52,972 nucleotides of DNA from a virus. Positions 38,622 through 46,148 of the stretch are shown here, piece after piece; positions within the stretch are counted from its first letter, which is position 1, and each line of letters starts with the position of its first letter. The position numbers were made by a program, and so were the translations under genes. The notes below the pieces were generated by a model that saw only the letters and a list, made by a program, of their open reading frames with translations, did not search any database and was not told where the DNA came from. The stretch is taken from the IMG/VR virus record IMGVR_UViG_3300029373_000006; one strand, 5' to 3'.

Positions 38622-39209
38622 ATGGCAGTCGAAAAGTATGTGGATTCCCGTGGTCGTGTGTCGTACCGCATTCGTGGAGCCAAGCTCCTCTATCCGAACT
38701 TCGCCGGTAACGGAGGTCAGTTCAATGACGAGGGCAATCGAAACTTCAACATCGAGCTGACTCAAGATGAATTCGATTTCCTGACCGACGAGGGGTTCCG
38801 TCCCCGAATGCGCGAGAAGATCGACGCCGACCCTCAGCTCCTGCTCAAGGTCAACGTGAAATTCAAGGACGATCCGGCCGATACGAGGAATCCGAAGATC
38901 CTGTTCAAGACCCAGTACGGCAACAAGCGCCTGTGGGCCGAACATAGGAAGGCCGTGGTGCAGGGCGAGGAGGTCGACCTCAGCCCGGTTGATATTCTGG
39001 ACTGGGCTGATATCGAGAACATCAATCTGTCGTTCTCCGCTTACCGCGGTAAGATGTCGGATCACAACACCGCATATTTGCAGATGCTCATCGCAACCAA
39101 GCATGAGGATCCGTTCGAGGACGAGTTCTATGACAACGACGAACCGGATACGGCCCTCAACACCATGACCTTCCAGAAGGTCGACGCGGACCTGAAGTCC
39201 ATCGAGTAA
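38622..39209 (+). CDS. Phage SSB-like protein (DUF2815-type OB fold), putative.
   Basis: 'RVSYRIRGAKLLYPNFAG' recalls the 'rlSYanvfeP' pattern of DUF2815 SSBs. It has an acidic C-terminus. Confidence 0.4.
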   Translation: MAVEKYVDSRGRVSYRIRGAKLLYPNFAGNGGQFNDEGNRNFNIELTQDEFDFLTDEGFRPRMREKIDADPQLLLKVNVKFKDDPADTRNPKILFKTQYGNKRLWAEHRKAVVQGEEVDLSPVDILDWADIENINLSFSAYRGKMSDHNTAYLQMLIATKHEDPFEDEFYDNDEPDTALNTMTFQKVDADLKSIE

Positions 39210-39283
39210 ACCATATTTCCATCCAAGGGCATGACTGGCGTCATCGCGCGTCGGTCATGCCCTCTTATTTTTAGGAGCGTATT

Positions 39284-39517
39284 ATGGCACCAGCGAATGT
39301 ATTCGATCGGGCAAGACAATATCTTGGGTGCCACCCAAATGCATCGCTGATCATCACCGACGCATGGGAGATCACGCCGGATCACCATGAATGTGAAGTG
39401 ATGTGCTGTCGATGCGGACGATCGACACAATTCGATATTTCCAGGAACGAGTATCGACAAATGGACAATCGCAAGCAATGGACCTTTAAACAGGAGGGCG
39501 AACATGGACGATATTGA
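39284..39517 (+). CDS. Small Cys-rich protein.
   Basis: 77 aa with a CHEC..CC.C cluster. Confidence 0.3.
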   Translation: MAPANVFDRARQYLGCHPNASLIITDAWEITPDHHECEVMCCRCGRSTQFDISRNEYRQMDNRKQWTFKQEGEHGRY

Positions 39518-39752
39518 CGTCGACACGATTGAAATCGCGCTGATCGCCAACTCAACCGTGTCACTATTGATTACATTTCTTTTCACCCTATTCACGCTGC
39601 CGCCCGATGATTCGATGATGCCTATTTATGTTGGCATCATTACATTCGTGGTATTGGTCGTGGCCGAGATTCTGTGTTGGCTGTTCCATATTCCCGCATG
39701 GATTTGCAAAGGGTTGACGTGGATCCGTGACAAGACAGAACCAAAGGAGTAA
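39504..39752 (+). CDS. Small two-TM protein.
   Basis: It contains hydrophobic segments. Confidence 0.3.
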   Translation: MDDIDVDTIEIALIANSTVSLLITFLFTLFTLPPDDSMMPIYVGIITFVVLVVAEILCWLFHIPAWICKGLTWIRDKTEPKE

Positions 39753-39755
39753 ATC

Positions 39756-40049
39756 GTGACCGACAACCATATTTCCGCAGGTCTGATGATGGAAATCCAT
39801 GATGCGGACTTCGAAGCCATCCGCAAGGAGCTGCACGACGAGCACAAACTTCATTGCGAATCGGAATATGATCCGTATATTTGGATCGATACGACCCATG
39901 CGTGGAGTGATGGACGCAACATCTATGTCAATGCGGGATGTCAGAACTGCATGAAGGGATCGGATAGGACGCCAGTCAGGGAAGACCCGAAGTTTCATAT
40001 TCGGGCCAAAACGACCAGAAGGAGGCGCTCAAATGATCGGTCTCATTGA
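39756..40049 (+). CDS. Hypothetical protein.
   Basis: It follows 'aaaggagtaaatcgtg'. The start is GTG. Confidence 0.3.
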   Translation: MTDNHISAGLMMEIHDADFEAIRKELHDEHKLHCESEYDPYIWIDTTHAWSDGRNIYVNAGCQNCMKGSDRTPVREDPKFHIRAKTTRRRRSNDRSH

Positions 40050-40203
40050 CGCTATAATCACCGTTTTCCCGGCCCTTCTGGTCATATCCATAGTTTTAAG
40101 CGTTCCGATCGCGTTCGCCTCTCTATGGGCCCTTAAAATGGCTCACAAGGCCGAAAATCGGCGTATCCAGAATCTACAAGGCCGACATATTCGGAGGTGA
40201 ATC

Positions 40204-40419
40204 ATGGACCCCAATAGAAAACCAACAATCTGGCAATACGCACGACGGAAATTCGTCGATTGCCAGTGTCTCTGCGTGCTTATGACAAGCATGCCGATCG
40301 TCAGGGATGGATGCGTCAGTTACATGGCCATCTGTCCGGAATGCAATGAACGGAAGTATATTTGCGTGAAGGTCGAGGATATAGATCTCGATCGTCTCTA
40401 TCTGAAAGTTGGTGAATAA
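40204..40419 (+). CDS. Small Cys-rich (zinc-binding) protein.
   Basis: 'CQCLC...CPECNERKYIC'. Confidence 0.3.
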   Translation: MDPNRKPTIWQYARRKFVDCQCLCVLMTSMPIVRDGCVSYMAICPECNERKYICVKVEDIDLDRLYLKVGE

Positions 40420-40676
40420 TGAGCTCGACAACGACACTTTACGTATTGACCATCAGCTATCGCGAGGGGTTTACCATCAACGGAGCCGTGGACTATTCCA
40501 TCGTCCCCAGAGACACAACCCTCGAACGATATTTCCCATACAAACCGACGCTTTCCGAAATCAAAGAGGCCATTCCGGACCTCAACGGCGACGTCAATTG
40601 GATCGCCCTCGACGAACGGGAGGTCGAGATCAAGAAGACCACGCTACTCGGCATCACCAATCCAAAGAATATCTGA
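40419..40676 (+). CDS. Hypothetical protein.
   Basis: It overlaps the upstream stop. Confidence 0.3.
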   Translation: MSSTTTLYVLTISYREGFTINGAVDYSIVPRDTTLERYFPYKPTLSEIKEAIPDLNGDVNWIALDEREVEIKKTTLLGITNPKNI

Positions 40677-40732
40677 TATTTTCGAAAGGAGACAACCATG
40701 AATGATTCCGTCGAAACTGAGAAATCGGTGAT

Positions 40733-41233
40733 GTGACCATGCCAACGCCTGATCAATTTCGAGCCGCACGAACACTGCTCGGTCTTACACAGTATCGTTG
40801 TCGGGAAATGATGGGTATCAGCGCCCAGGCAATACGCGACATCGAGAGCATCTACGGCAAGCATCAGCCCGAGCGTCCATACGCCCAGTACTACAACCTC
40901 TGGTTGCGAGAGTACGCCAGGATGGTCAAGCCGGAACTGCTCGGTGCCGTGGATAGCATTCTCGGCAACGACAACTTCGCCAGAATGTTCCGTGTGGTCG
41001 AGCCGACACTTCGCACCGAGAATCGGACCGTGATCAACGAACTCGACCTGACGTTCCCGACGACAGCCGACTGTGCGCGATGGCTTATCGAACATGGGCA
41101 TAGCAACGGACGAGTAGAGAACGTAGCCCAACGAATCAGGAATGCCATTAATGGTACGGCGTCCCCAACCTATCTCGGGTTCACGTACCATTACGACAAT
41201 CCACCACAAAACGAAACCACGTTGGATATTTAG
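40733..41233 (+). CDS. XRE-family HTH transcriptional regulator.
   Basis: 'FRAARTLLGLTQYRCREMMGISAQAIRDIES' is the XRE pattern. A 12-aa uORF (40698-40736) with a perfect RBS precedes it, overlapping as 'gtgatgtga'. Confidence 0.55.
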   Translation: MTMPTPDQFRAARTLLGLTQYRCREMMGISAQAIRDIESIYGKHQPERPYAQYYNLWLREYARMVKPELLGAVDSILGNDNFARMFRVVEPTLRTENRTVINELDLTFPTTADCARWLIEHGHSNGRVENVAQRIRNAINGTASPTYLGFTYHYDNPPQNETTLDI

Positions 41234-41412
41234 GAACAATAATGATTGAAGCCATCATGACGATATTTGTATGGATGCGATTGCTGCTGATTGGCCTGCT
41301 GCTCATCACCGGCTATATCGCCATAGGATATCTGGTGGTGTTGCTGGCTGATCATATTCGGCATCGTAACGCCAAACTTGAAACCGGAAAACACGCAAGG
41401 AAAGGATAAATC

Positions 41413-41736
41413 ATGTTCCCGAATAGCGAACAACTCATCGGCATAGCCGTTAGCAACGGATTGAGTCCGGACGCCTCGATCGCCATGGAGGGATGGCTTC
41501 ATGGTCTACGGTGGTCGGCGTGCGATAAGGAACGATCGACGCTCAGATCCGATCACGTCGACAATGTCATATTCTATTGGGACCGGACGCATAATTTCAC
41601 CAAGGAAGAACTCGACGCTCTGAAAGCATATCTGGAACGGTTCTTCGAGGAGGATGATCCGATACCGTATCTCTGCGACATGGTACGGAGTTCCGCATAT
41701 CTGTATGAGGGCTCACATAAGGAGGCGAAGGCATGA
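41413..41736 (+). CDS. Hypothetical protein.
   Basis: 107 aa preceded by an 'aaggaaaggataaatcatg' RBS. Confidence 0.35.
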   Translation: MFPNSEQLIGIAVSNGLSPDASIAMEGWLHGLRWSACDKERSTLRSDHVDNVIFYWDRTHNFTKEELDALKAYLERFFEEDDPIPYLCDMVRSSAYLYEGSHKEAKA

Positions 41737-41981
41737 AACGAATCATTGCCGGACTCGGATGTGCGGCATTGCTGATATTTGGTCTGTCTTCATGCGGATC
41801 GGGGGATCGAGATCAAGACCAGATTGGCGTGGATTGCATCTCAAATGGCGATTTCCTCAACAACATGAAGCAATGCCAGATCACGATGACCGATACACGA
41901 CGAGTCACCTGCCTGGTGTATAACGACAAGACCATCGATTGCGATTGGCTGCATGCCGATGGAACCGACGCCATGATGTGA
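41733..41981 (+). CDS. Small lipoprotein, a candidate superinfection-exclusion protein.
   Basis: Signal peptide plus lipobox 'LLIFGLSSC'. The mature 60-aa domain is Cys-containing. Confidence 0.5.
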   Translation: MKRIIAGLGCAALLIFGLSSCGSGDRDQDQIGVDCISNGDFLNNMKQCQITMTDTRRVTCLVYNDKTIDCDWLHADGTDAMM

Positions 41982-42001
41982 TATTTTCGAAAGGAGAAAT
42001 C

Positions 42002-42412
42002 ATGACATTCTATCTGGACCATATCTCATACGACAACGTCAACGATCTCATCGGAGGAATCCGGAGGCTGGTCGCCAAAGGCTACCGCATTGTCGACGTC
42101 TCGTCGGGCATTGAGATGCATCATCCGGACACCGATGTTTCGATTGAACTATATCTGCTGATCAACCCGCTTGACCAGCAGGAGGATGAGAACAAGAGAT
42201 TCAATCATGGCCTCTTCAACCATGTCCGTGGCGGCGTCCACGACCTCGCAATGGCATTTATTGACCATTGGACCGATTACGGAACCGACAATCATATTTC
42301 TGACGAAGGAATAGCTCAATGGTATTCATTGACCATTGGACCGATTACGGAACCGACAATCATATTTCTGACGAAGGAACAAGTTAATGAAATACTACGA
42401 TATTCCCGATGA
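42002..42412 (+). CDS. Hypothetical protein whose 3' end carries a 50-bp direct duplication.
   Basis: It follows a 'gatattttcgaaaggagaaatcatg' RBS. The duplication spans 42261-42310 and 42329-42378. Confidence 0.35.
   Translation: MTFYLDHISYDNVNDLIGGIRRLVAKGYRIVDVSSGIEMHHPDTDVSIELYLLINPLDQQEDENKRFNHGLFNHVRGGVHDLAMAFIDHWTDYGTDNHISDEGIAQWYSLTIGPITEPTIIFLTKEQVNEILRYSR
42261..42378 (+). repeat. Exact 50-bp direct repeat (ttgaccattggaccgattacggaaccgacaatcatatttctgacgaagga), two copies 18 nt apart.
   Basis: The copies are identical and lie 68 nt apart (not a multiple of 3). Each ends in a 'gaagga' RBS followed by ATG 8-9 nt downstream (42319 and 42387). Confidence 0.85.
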
Positions 42413-42617
42413 AGCTACGTGGAACTCGGTCGTCGGATCTCTCGGCGAGATACGGATTCGCGAGATCGTGGTCGACCTCCGATATCACGAGCACTGCGTC
42501 ACCGGCGATACGGCATCGAACCCGGATGAACGAATCATATTCTGCATCAGAGACGATGGCATATTCGCCAATCTCCTCAAGGCCACGCTCAAATCCTCCG
42601 AGGAGGTAAGCGAGTAA
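42387..42617 (+). CDS. Hypothetical protein.
   Basis: Its start follows the second repeat copy's 'gaagga'. Confidence 0.35.
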   Translation: MKYYDIPDEATWNSVVGSLGEIRIREIVVDLRYHEHCVTGDTASNPDERIIFCIRDDGIFANLLKATLKSSEEVSE

Positions 42618-43873
42618 TGGCTGTCACGCTGGAACCGTTTCAGGAACGGGCGTTGAGCCAACTGCGATCCGGAAACGTTCTGGTCGGCGAGGTCGGGTCC
42701 GGCAAATCGATCGTGGCCATCATGTGGTGGCTTCGGACGTGCTGCCGGACCCGTTCGGGCGAGTCTGGCAGCGGAAGGACGCTCATGCCGCTCAAAGGCT
42801 CGTCCGATCTGCTCATCATCACCGAGGCGAAGAAGCGCGATAAAGCCGAATGGGGCGATGATCTCGTCAAATTCGGCCTGCATATCGGGACGAACAAGCC
42901 GTCCGGCGTGGAGATCACCGTGGATAGCTGGCAGCGCATCAAAGCCCATCACGATTTCCATGGCGTGATCATATTCGATGAGCAGCATGCGACCGGAACC
43001 GGGGTCTGGAGCAAGGAATTCATCCATATCGCCAAGGCACAAGGCAATCAATGGATCCTGCTGTCGGCGACACCTGCGGATTCGTACGAGGATCTCATTC
43101 CCATATTCGTGGCGAATGGGTTCTACAAGAACAAGACCCAATTCATGACCATGCATGCCGTGTACGATCGATGGGCGAAGTATCCGAAGGTCAACGACTG
43201 GAGGCATACTGATATTCTGGAGAAGCTCAAACGACGGATCATGGTGCCGATGAAACGTCCGAAGGACCGTGGCCCCAGTCGCAATCCCGTCTACCAAATC
43301 GTCGTGGATCACGACAAACAGGCCCTGAAGACCCTGAGAAGGGAACGGAAGGATCCATGGACGGGGGAGCCGCTCAAGAACGTATCACAGTACTGCTTCA
43401 CCCAGAGGAAACTGGTGAATTCGGATCCGAGTAGGATTAAGGAAGCGACAGATATCTGCATCCGTCATCCGAGGATCGTGATATTCTACAACTACGATTT
43501 CGAACTGGAGGAGCTGCTGAGCCTGCGGAGGCGGACGGGCATTCCGGTGTACCAGTACAACGGGCATCGTCATGATGATATTCCGCAGGACGGCGATTGG
43601 ATCTATCTGGTGAACTATGGATCCGGGGCCGCAGGGTGGAACTGCACGCAGACCGATACCATGCTGTTCTATTCGCTCAACTACTCCTATCGGATCATGG
43701 AACAGGCGGCAGGGCGCATCGACAGGATCAACTCGCCGTTCAAGGAACTCAACTATTATATTCTGCGCAGCTTCGCCCCGATCGATTCGGCGATCCTGCG
43801 GGCGCTTGCGAACAAGGAGACCTTCAACGAGCGGACGTTCGCCTCGAAGGATATTTCCGGGAAGGAGGGTTAG
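42617..43873 (+). CDS. SF2 DEAD/DEAH (SNF2-like) helicase.
   Basis: Motif I 'GEVGSGKS', motif II 'IIFDEQH', motif III 'LSATP' and motif VI 'QAAGRIDR'. Confidence 0.65.
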   Translation: MAVTLEPFQERALSQLRSGNVLVGEVGSGKSIVAIMWWLRTCCRTRSGESGSGRTLMPLKGSSDLLIITEAKKRDKAEWGDDLVKFGLHIGTNKPSGVEITVDSWQRIKAHHDFHGVIIFDEQHATGTGVWSKEFIHIAKAQGNQWILLSATPADSYEDLIPIFVANGFYKNKTQFMTMHAVYDRWAKYPKVNDWRHTDILEKLKRRIMVPMKRPKDRGPSRNPVYQIVVDHDKQALKTLRRERKDPWTGEPLKNVSQYCFTQRKLVNSDPSRIKEATDICIRHPRIVIFYNYDFELEELLSLRRRTGIPVYQYNGHRHDDIPQDGDWIYLVNYGSGAAGWNCTQTDTMLFYSLNYSYRIMEQAAGRIDRINSPFKELNYYILRSFAPIDSAILRALANKETFNERTFASKDISGKEG

Positions 43874-43874
43874 G

Positions 43875-44315
43875 ATGACCTATGTGATGGATGGAGGCGA
43901 TCCGGACAGGATCGACGTCTATGATCTGGCGAGACGAATGAGCCCATGCGACTGCGATTCGGAGGTTCCGATCGCAGTTCAGATCGAGACATCGGGAAGG
44001 CCATTGCGTGATTTCTACGGTAATGAGGTCCCTTTCGAACTCGGGACGTATTGCATACGATGCCAGAAGCGAGGTCTTGTGCAGGCATATTTCGACGATC
44101 TGGTTCAGATTCCGCCAAGTGCAATGGTTCAGATTCGGTCGATCATGCCGTGCGAGCACTATCATTCGTGGGAGATCACGGCTGCTTTGTGCAGGAAGGG
44201 AGAGCGGATGGCCGCATATTCACGCGTCCAACGCCTTCATCTGCTCTATTGTCGGACATGCAGAAGGGTCTATAGGATCCCGTTGGCATACGATCTTGCG
44301 GTGTTTCGGACATGA
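43875..44315 (+). CDS. Cys-rich zinc-ribbon protein.
   Basis: It follows a 'gaaggagggttaggatg' RBS and carries several CxxC/CxxH pairs. Confidence 0.4.
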   Translation: MTYVMDGGDPDRIDVYDLARRMSPCDCDSEVPIAVQIETSGRPLRDFYGNEVPFELGTYCIRCQKRGLVQAYFDDLVQIPPSAMVQIRSIMPCEHYHSWEITAALCRKGERMAAYSRVQRLHLLYCRTCRRVYRIPLAYDLAVFRT

Positions 44316-44319
44316 CGAC

Positions 44320-44665
44320 AAGGCAAAAGTATGCAGGAAAGAAGGCTGCCTGCATACTTTTTATGTCCGAGCCTGCATACTTTTTTAAAAACTATGCAGG
44401 TTTGGACCTGCATAGTTTTGATGTAAACTATGCAGGTTTTCCGGAAAAGTATGCAGAAAAACCTGCATACTTTTTTGAGGGTCGATGTGCCCTGAGGCCT
44501 TGGAATCATTGGGTTTTCGGGGTGCCTGCATACTTTCGCGCGTTTTTTTTATCTCCTTATTATTTTGAAAAAGAAAAAAAAAGTAATAATACAAAGAAAC
44601 GCTGGCGAAGAAAACGCGCGAAAGTATGCAGCGGCCTGATACCTGCATACTTTTTTAGAAAGGAA
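44320..44665. promoter_or_regulatory. Repeat and hairpin array, a candidate replication origin or operator cluster. There are at least 11 copies of CTGCATA(C/G)TTTT in both orientations flanking a ~75-bp AT-rich core.
   Basis: Forward copies are at 44325, 44391, 44426, 44445 and 44615; reverse copies at 44349, 44372, 44407, 44462, 44524 and 44642. A 17-bp inverted repeat 'ctgcatactttcgcgcg'/'cgcgcgaaagtatgcag' brackets the AT-rich stretch 44542-44614. Confidence 0.6.
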
Positions 44666-44671
44666 TGAAAC

Positions 44672-45043
44672 ATGTCACATCATGACAAGAACCAGGAAGT
44701 CTATATTTACGAACTTAACGAGATCCATCCGTCTCCAGAGCGGGTTGCTATCTTCCTCGAAACGAGCGTCGACGATGTCCTGAAGGCTCTTGGCCATCCA
44801 AGAAACCACGGCGTATGTCGAGGCATGCATATTTGCTGGAATGACGCCCGCAACATCAAAGCCTACAAACCGGTCCGCATTATCGAGAAGGATCTTATAT
44901 TTCCCAGTGTGACCCATATGGCCTTCTATTATGGATGCAAGGATCAGGAGATCTACAATGCACTTAAGCGTCCTGACGGATTCTGGTATGGATGGCACCT
45001 CGAGCATGTCGATTCAGTTCCGGAACCGACTTATGTCGAGTAG
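44672..45043 (+). CDS. Hypothetical protein.
   Basis: It follows a 'tagaaaggaatgaaacatg' RBS. Confidence 0.4.
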   Translation: MSHHDKNQEVYIYELNEIHPSPERVAIFLETSVDDVLKALGHPRNHGVCRGMHICWNDARNIKAYKPVRIIEKDLIFPSVTHMAFYYGCKDQEIYNALKRPDGFWYGWHLEHVDSVPEPTYVE

Positions 45044-45173
45044 GTGTAGGCTCGCGACAAAAACATCGCGAATAGAGGTAAGAGTGGGGAAGAGTTTGCC
45101 TTATTTTCCGAGCAATCCTTTCTACGGGCGGTACCGTTCCCCACTCTTATTTTTCTCTGTCGAAAGGAGAACC

Positions 45174-45494
45174 ATGAGTTTGGAACGCGACTTCCAACGA
45201 AAGGTCATCAAGGAGATCGGAAAACGTCTTCCAGGATCGCATGTGCTGAAGAACGATCCTAACTATATTCAGGGAATCCCCGATCTTCTTGTTTTATATA
45301 AGGATCGATGGGCCGCCCTTGAGGTCAAGAAGAGTGCTGACGCTAAGCATCAGCCGAATCAGGATGACTACGTGGCACAGATGAATGACGATTCGTTCGC
45401 GGCGTTTATCTATCCCGAGAACGAGGAATACATTCTCGACAAGCTTCAACAGCACATGACCAAGTCCCATATTTCCACGGAGGTTGCATCATGA
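45174..45494 (+). CDS. VRR-NUC domain nuclease.
   Basis: 'GIPDLLVLYKDRWAALEVKK' is a PD-(D/E)xK core in the VRR-NUC arrangement. It lies near the SNF2-like helicase, a typical pairing. Confidence 0.5.
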   Translation: MSLERDFQRKVIKEIGKRLPGSHVLKNDPNYIQGIPDLLVLYKDRWAALEVKKSADAKHQPNQDDYVAQMNDDSFAAFIYPENEEYILDKLQQHMTKSHISTEVAS

Positions 45495-46123
45495 TGCGTT
45501 TCAATGATCATCACAATCTTGAGGGCCTTCATGCCTTCATGGGAGCCAGCAAGCATTCCTGGCTTCGTTACGATGACGATCATATGGCCGATATGTTCCG
45601 ATCGTCCCTTGCGGCACAACGCGGAACCGAGCTGCATGCCCTTGCGGCTGATCTCAATAAACATCGTGTGGCTCTGCCAAAGACCCATCTGACGTTGAAC
45701 GACTTTGTCAATGATGGCCTGCACTATCGCATGTCGCCCGAAGTGGTGTTATATTTCTCACCGAATTGTTTTGGCACCGCAGACCTCATCGGATACGACG
45801 ACAAGAAGAAGCTGTTGCGCATCTTCGACCTCAAGACCGGAAGCGGCGAAGTCAAGCACTTCGATCAGTTGTACATCTACGCTTCGCTGTTCTGTCTTGA
45901 ATACAAAGTCAAGCCGATGAACCTTCAGTTCGACCTTCGTCTCTATCAGAACGATCACATCAAGATCGCCACCAACGCCGATCCAAAGTACATCAAGCTT
46001 GGACCGAACACTGATATTTATGAAGAGGTCAGCCCGGATGAGATTGCACACATCATGGATCGAATCCAGCACTTCGATCAATTGATCAACAAGCTGCGTG
46101 CCGAGGAATCGGAGCAGTGGTGA
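45491..46123 (+). CDS. PD-(D/E)xK (RecB/Cas4-like) exonuclease.
   Basis: 'TADLIGYDD...LRIFDLKTG' plus the 'QLYIYA' QxxxY motif. Confidence 0.5.
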   Translation: MMRFNDHHNLEGLHAFMGASKHSWLRYDDDHMADMFRSSLAAQRGTELHALAADLNKHRVALPKTHLTLNDFVNDGLHYRMSPEVVLYFSPNCFGTADLIGYDDKKKLLRIFDLKTGSGEVKHFDQLYIYASLFCLEYKVKPMNLQFDLRLYQNDHIKIATNADPKYIKLGPNTDIYEEVSPDEIAHIMDRIQHFDQLINKLRAEESEQW

Positions 46124-46148
46124 TGATATTTTCAGGAAAGGCAACGTC

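Noticed and set aside
40733-41233. A lysogeny module (CI-like repressor).
   Set aside because: A lone XRE-family HTH with no integrase or divergent cro-like gene is insufficient. It is more likely an early transcription regulator.
44320-44665. A possible CRISPR array.
   Set aside because: The repeats are short (12 nt) and in both orientations, with no regularly spaced unique spacers. The pattern fits iterons or hairpins.
44312-44668. A + strand 118-aa ORF spanning the hairpin array.
   Set aside because: Its sequence is the repeat translated ('KYA', 'PAYFF' recurring). The repeat structure explains it better as noncoding DNA.
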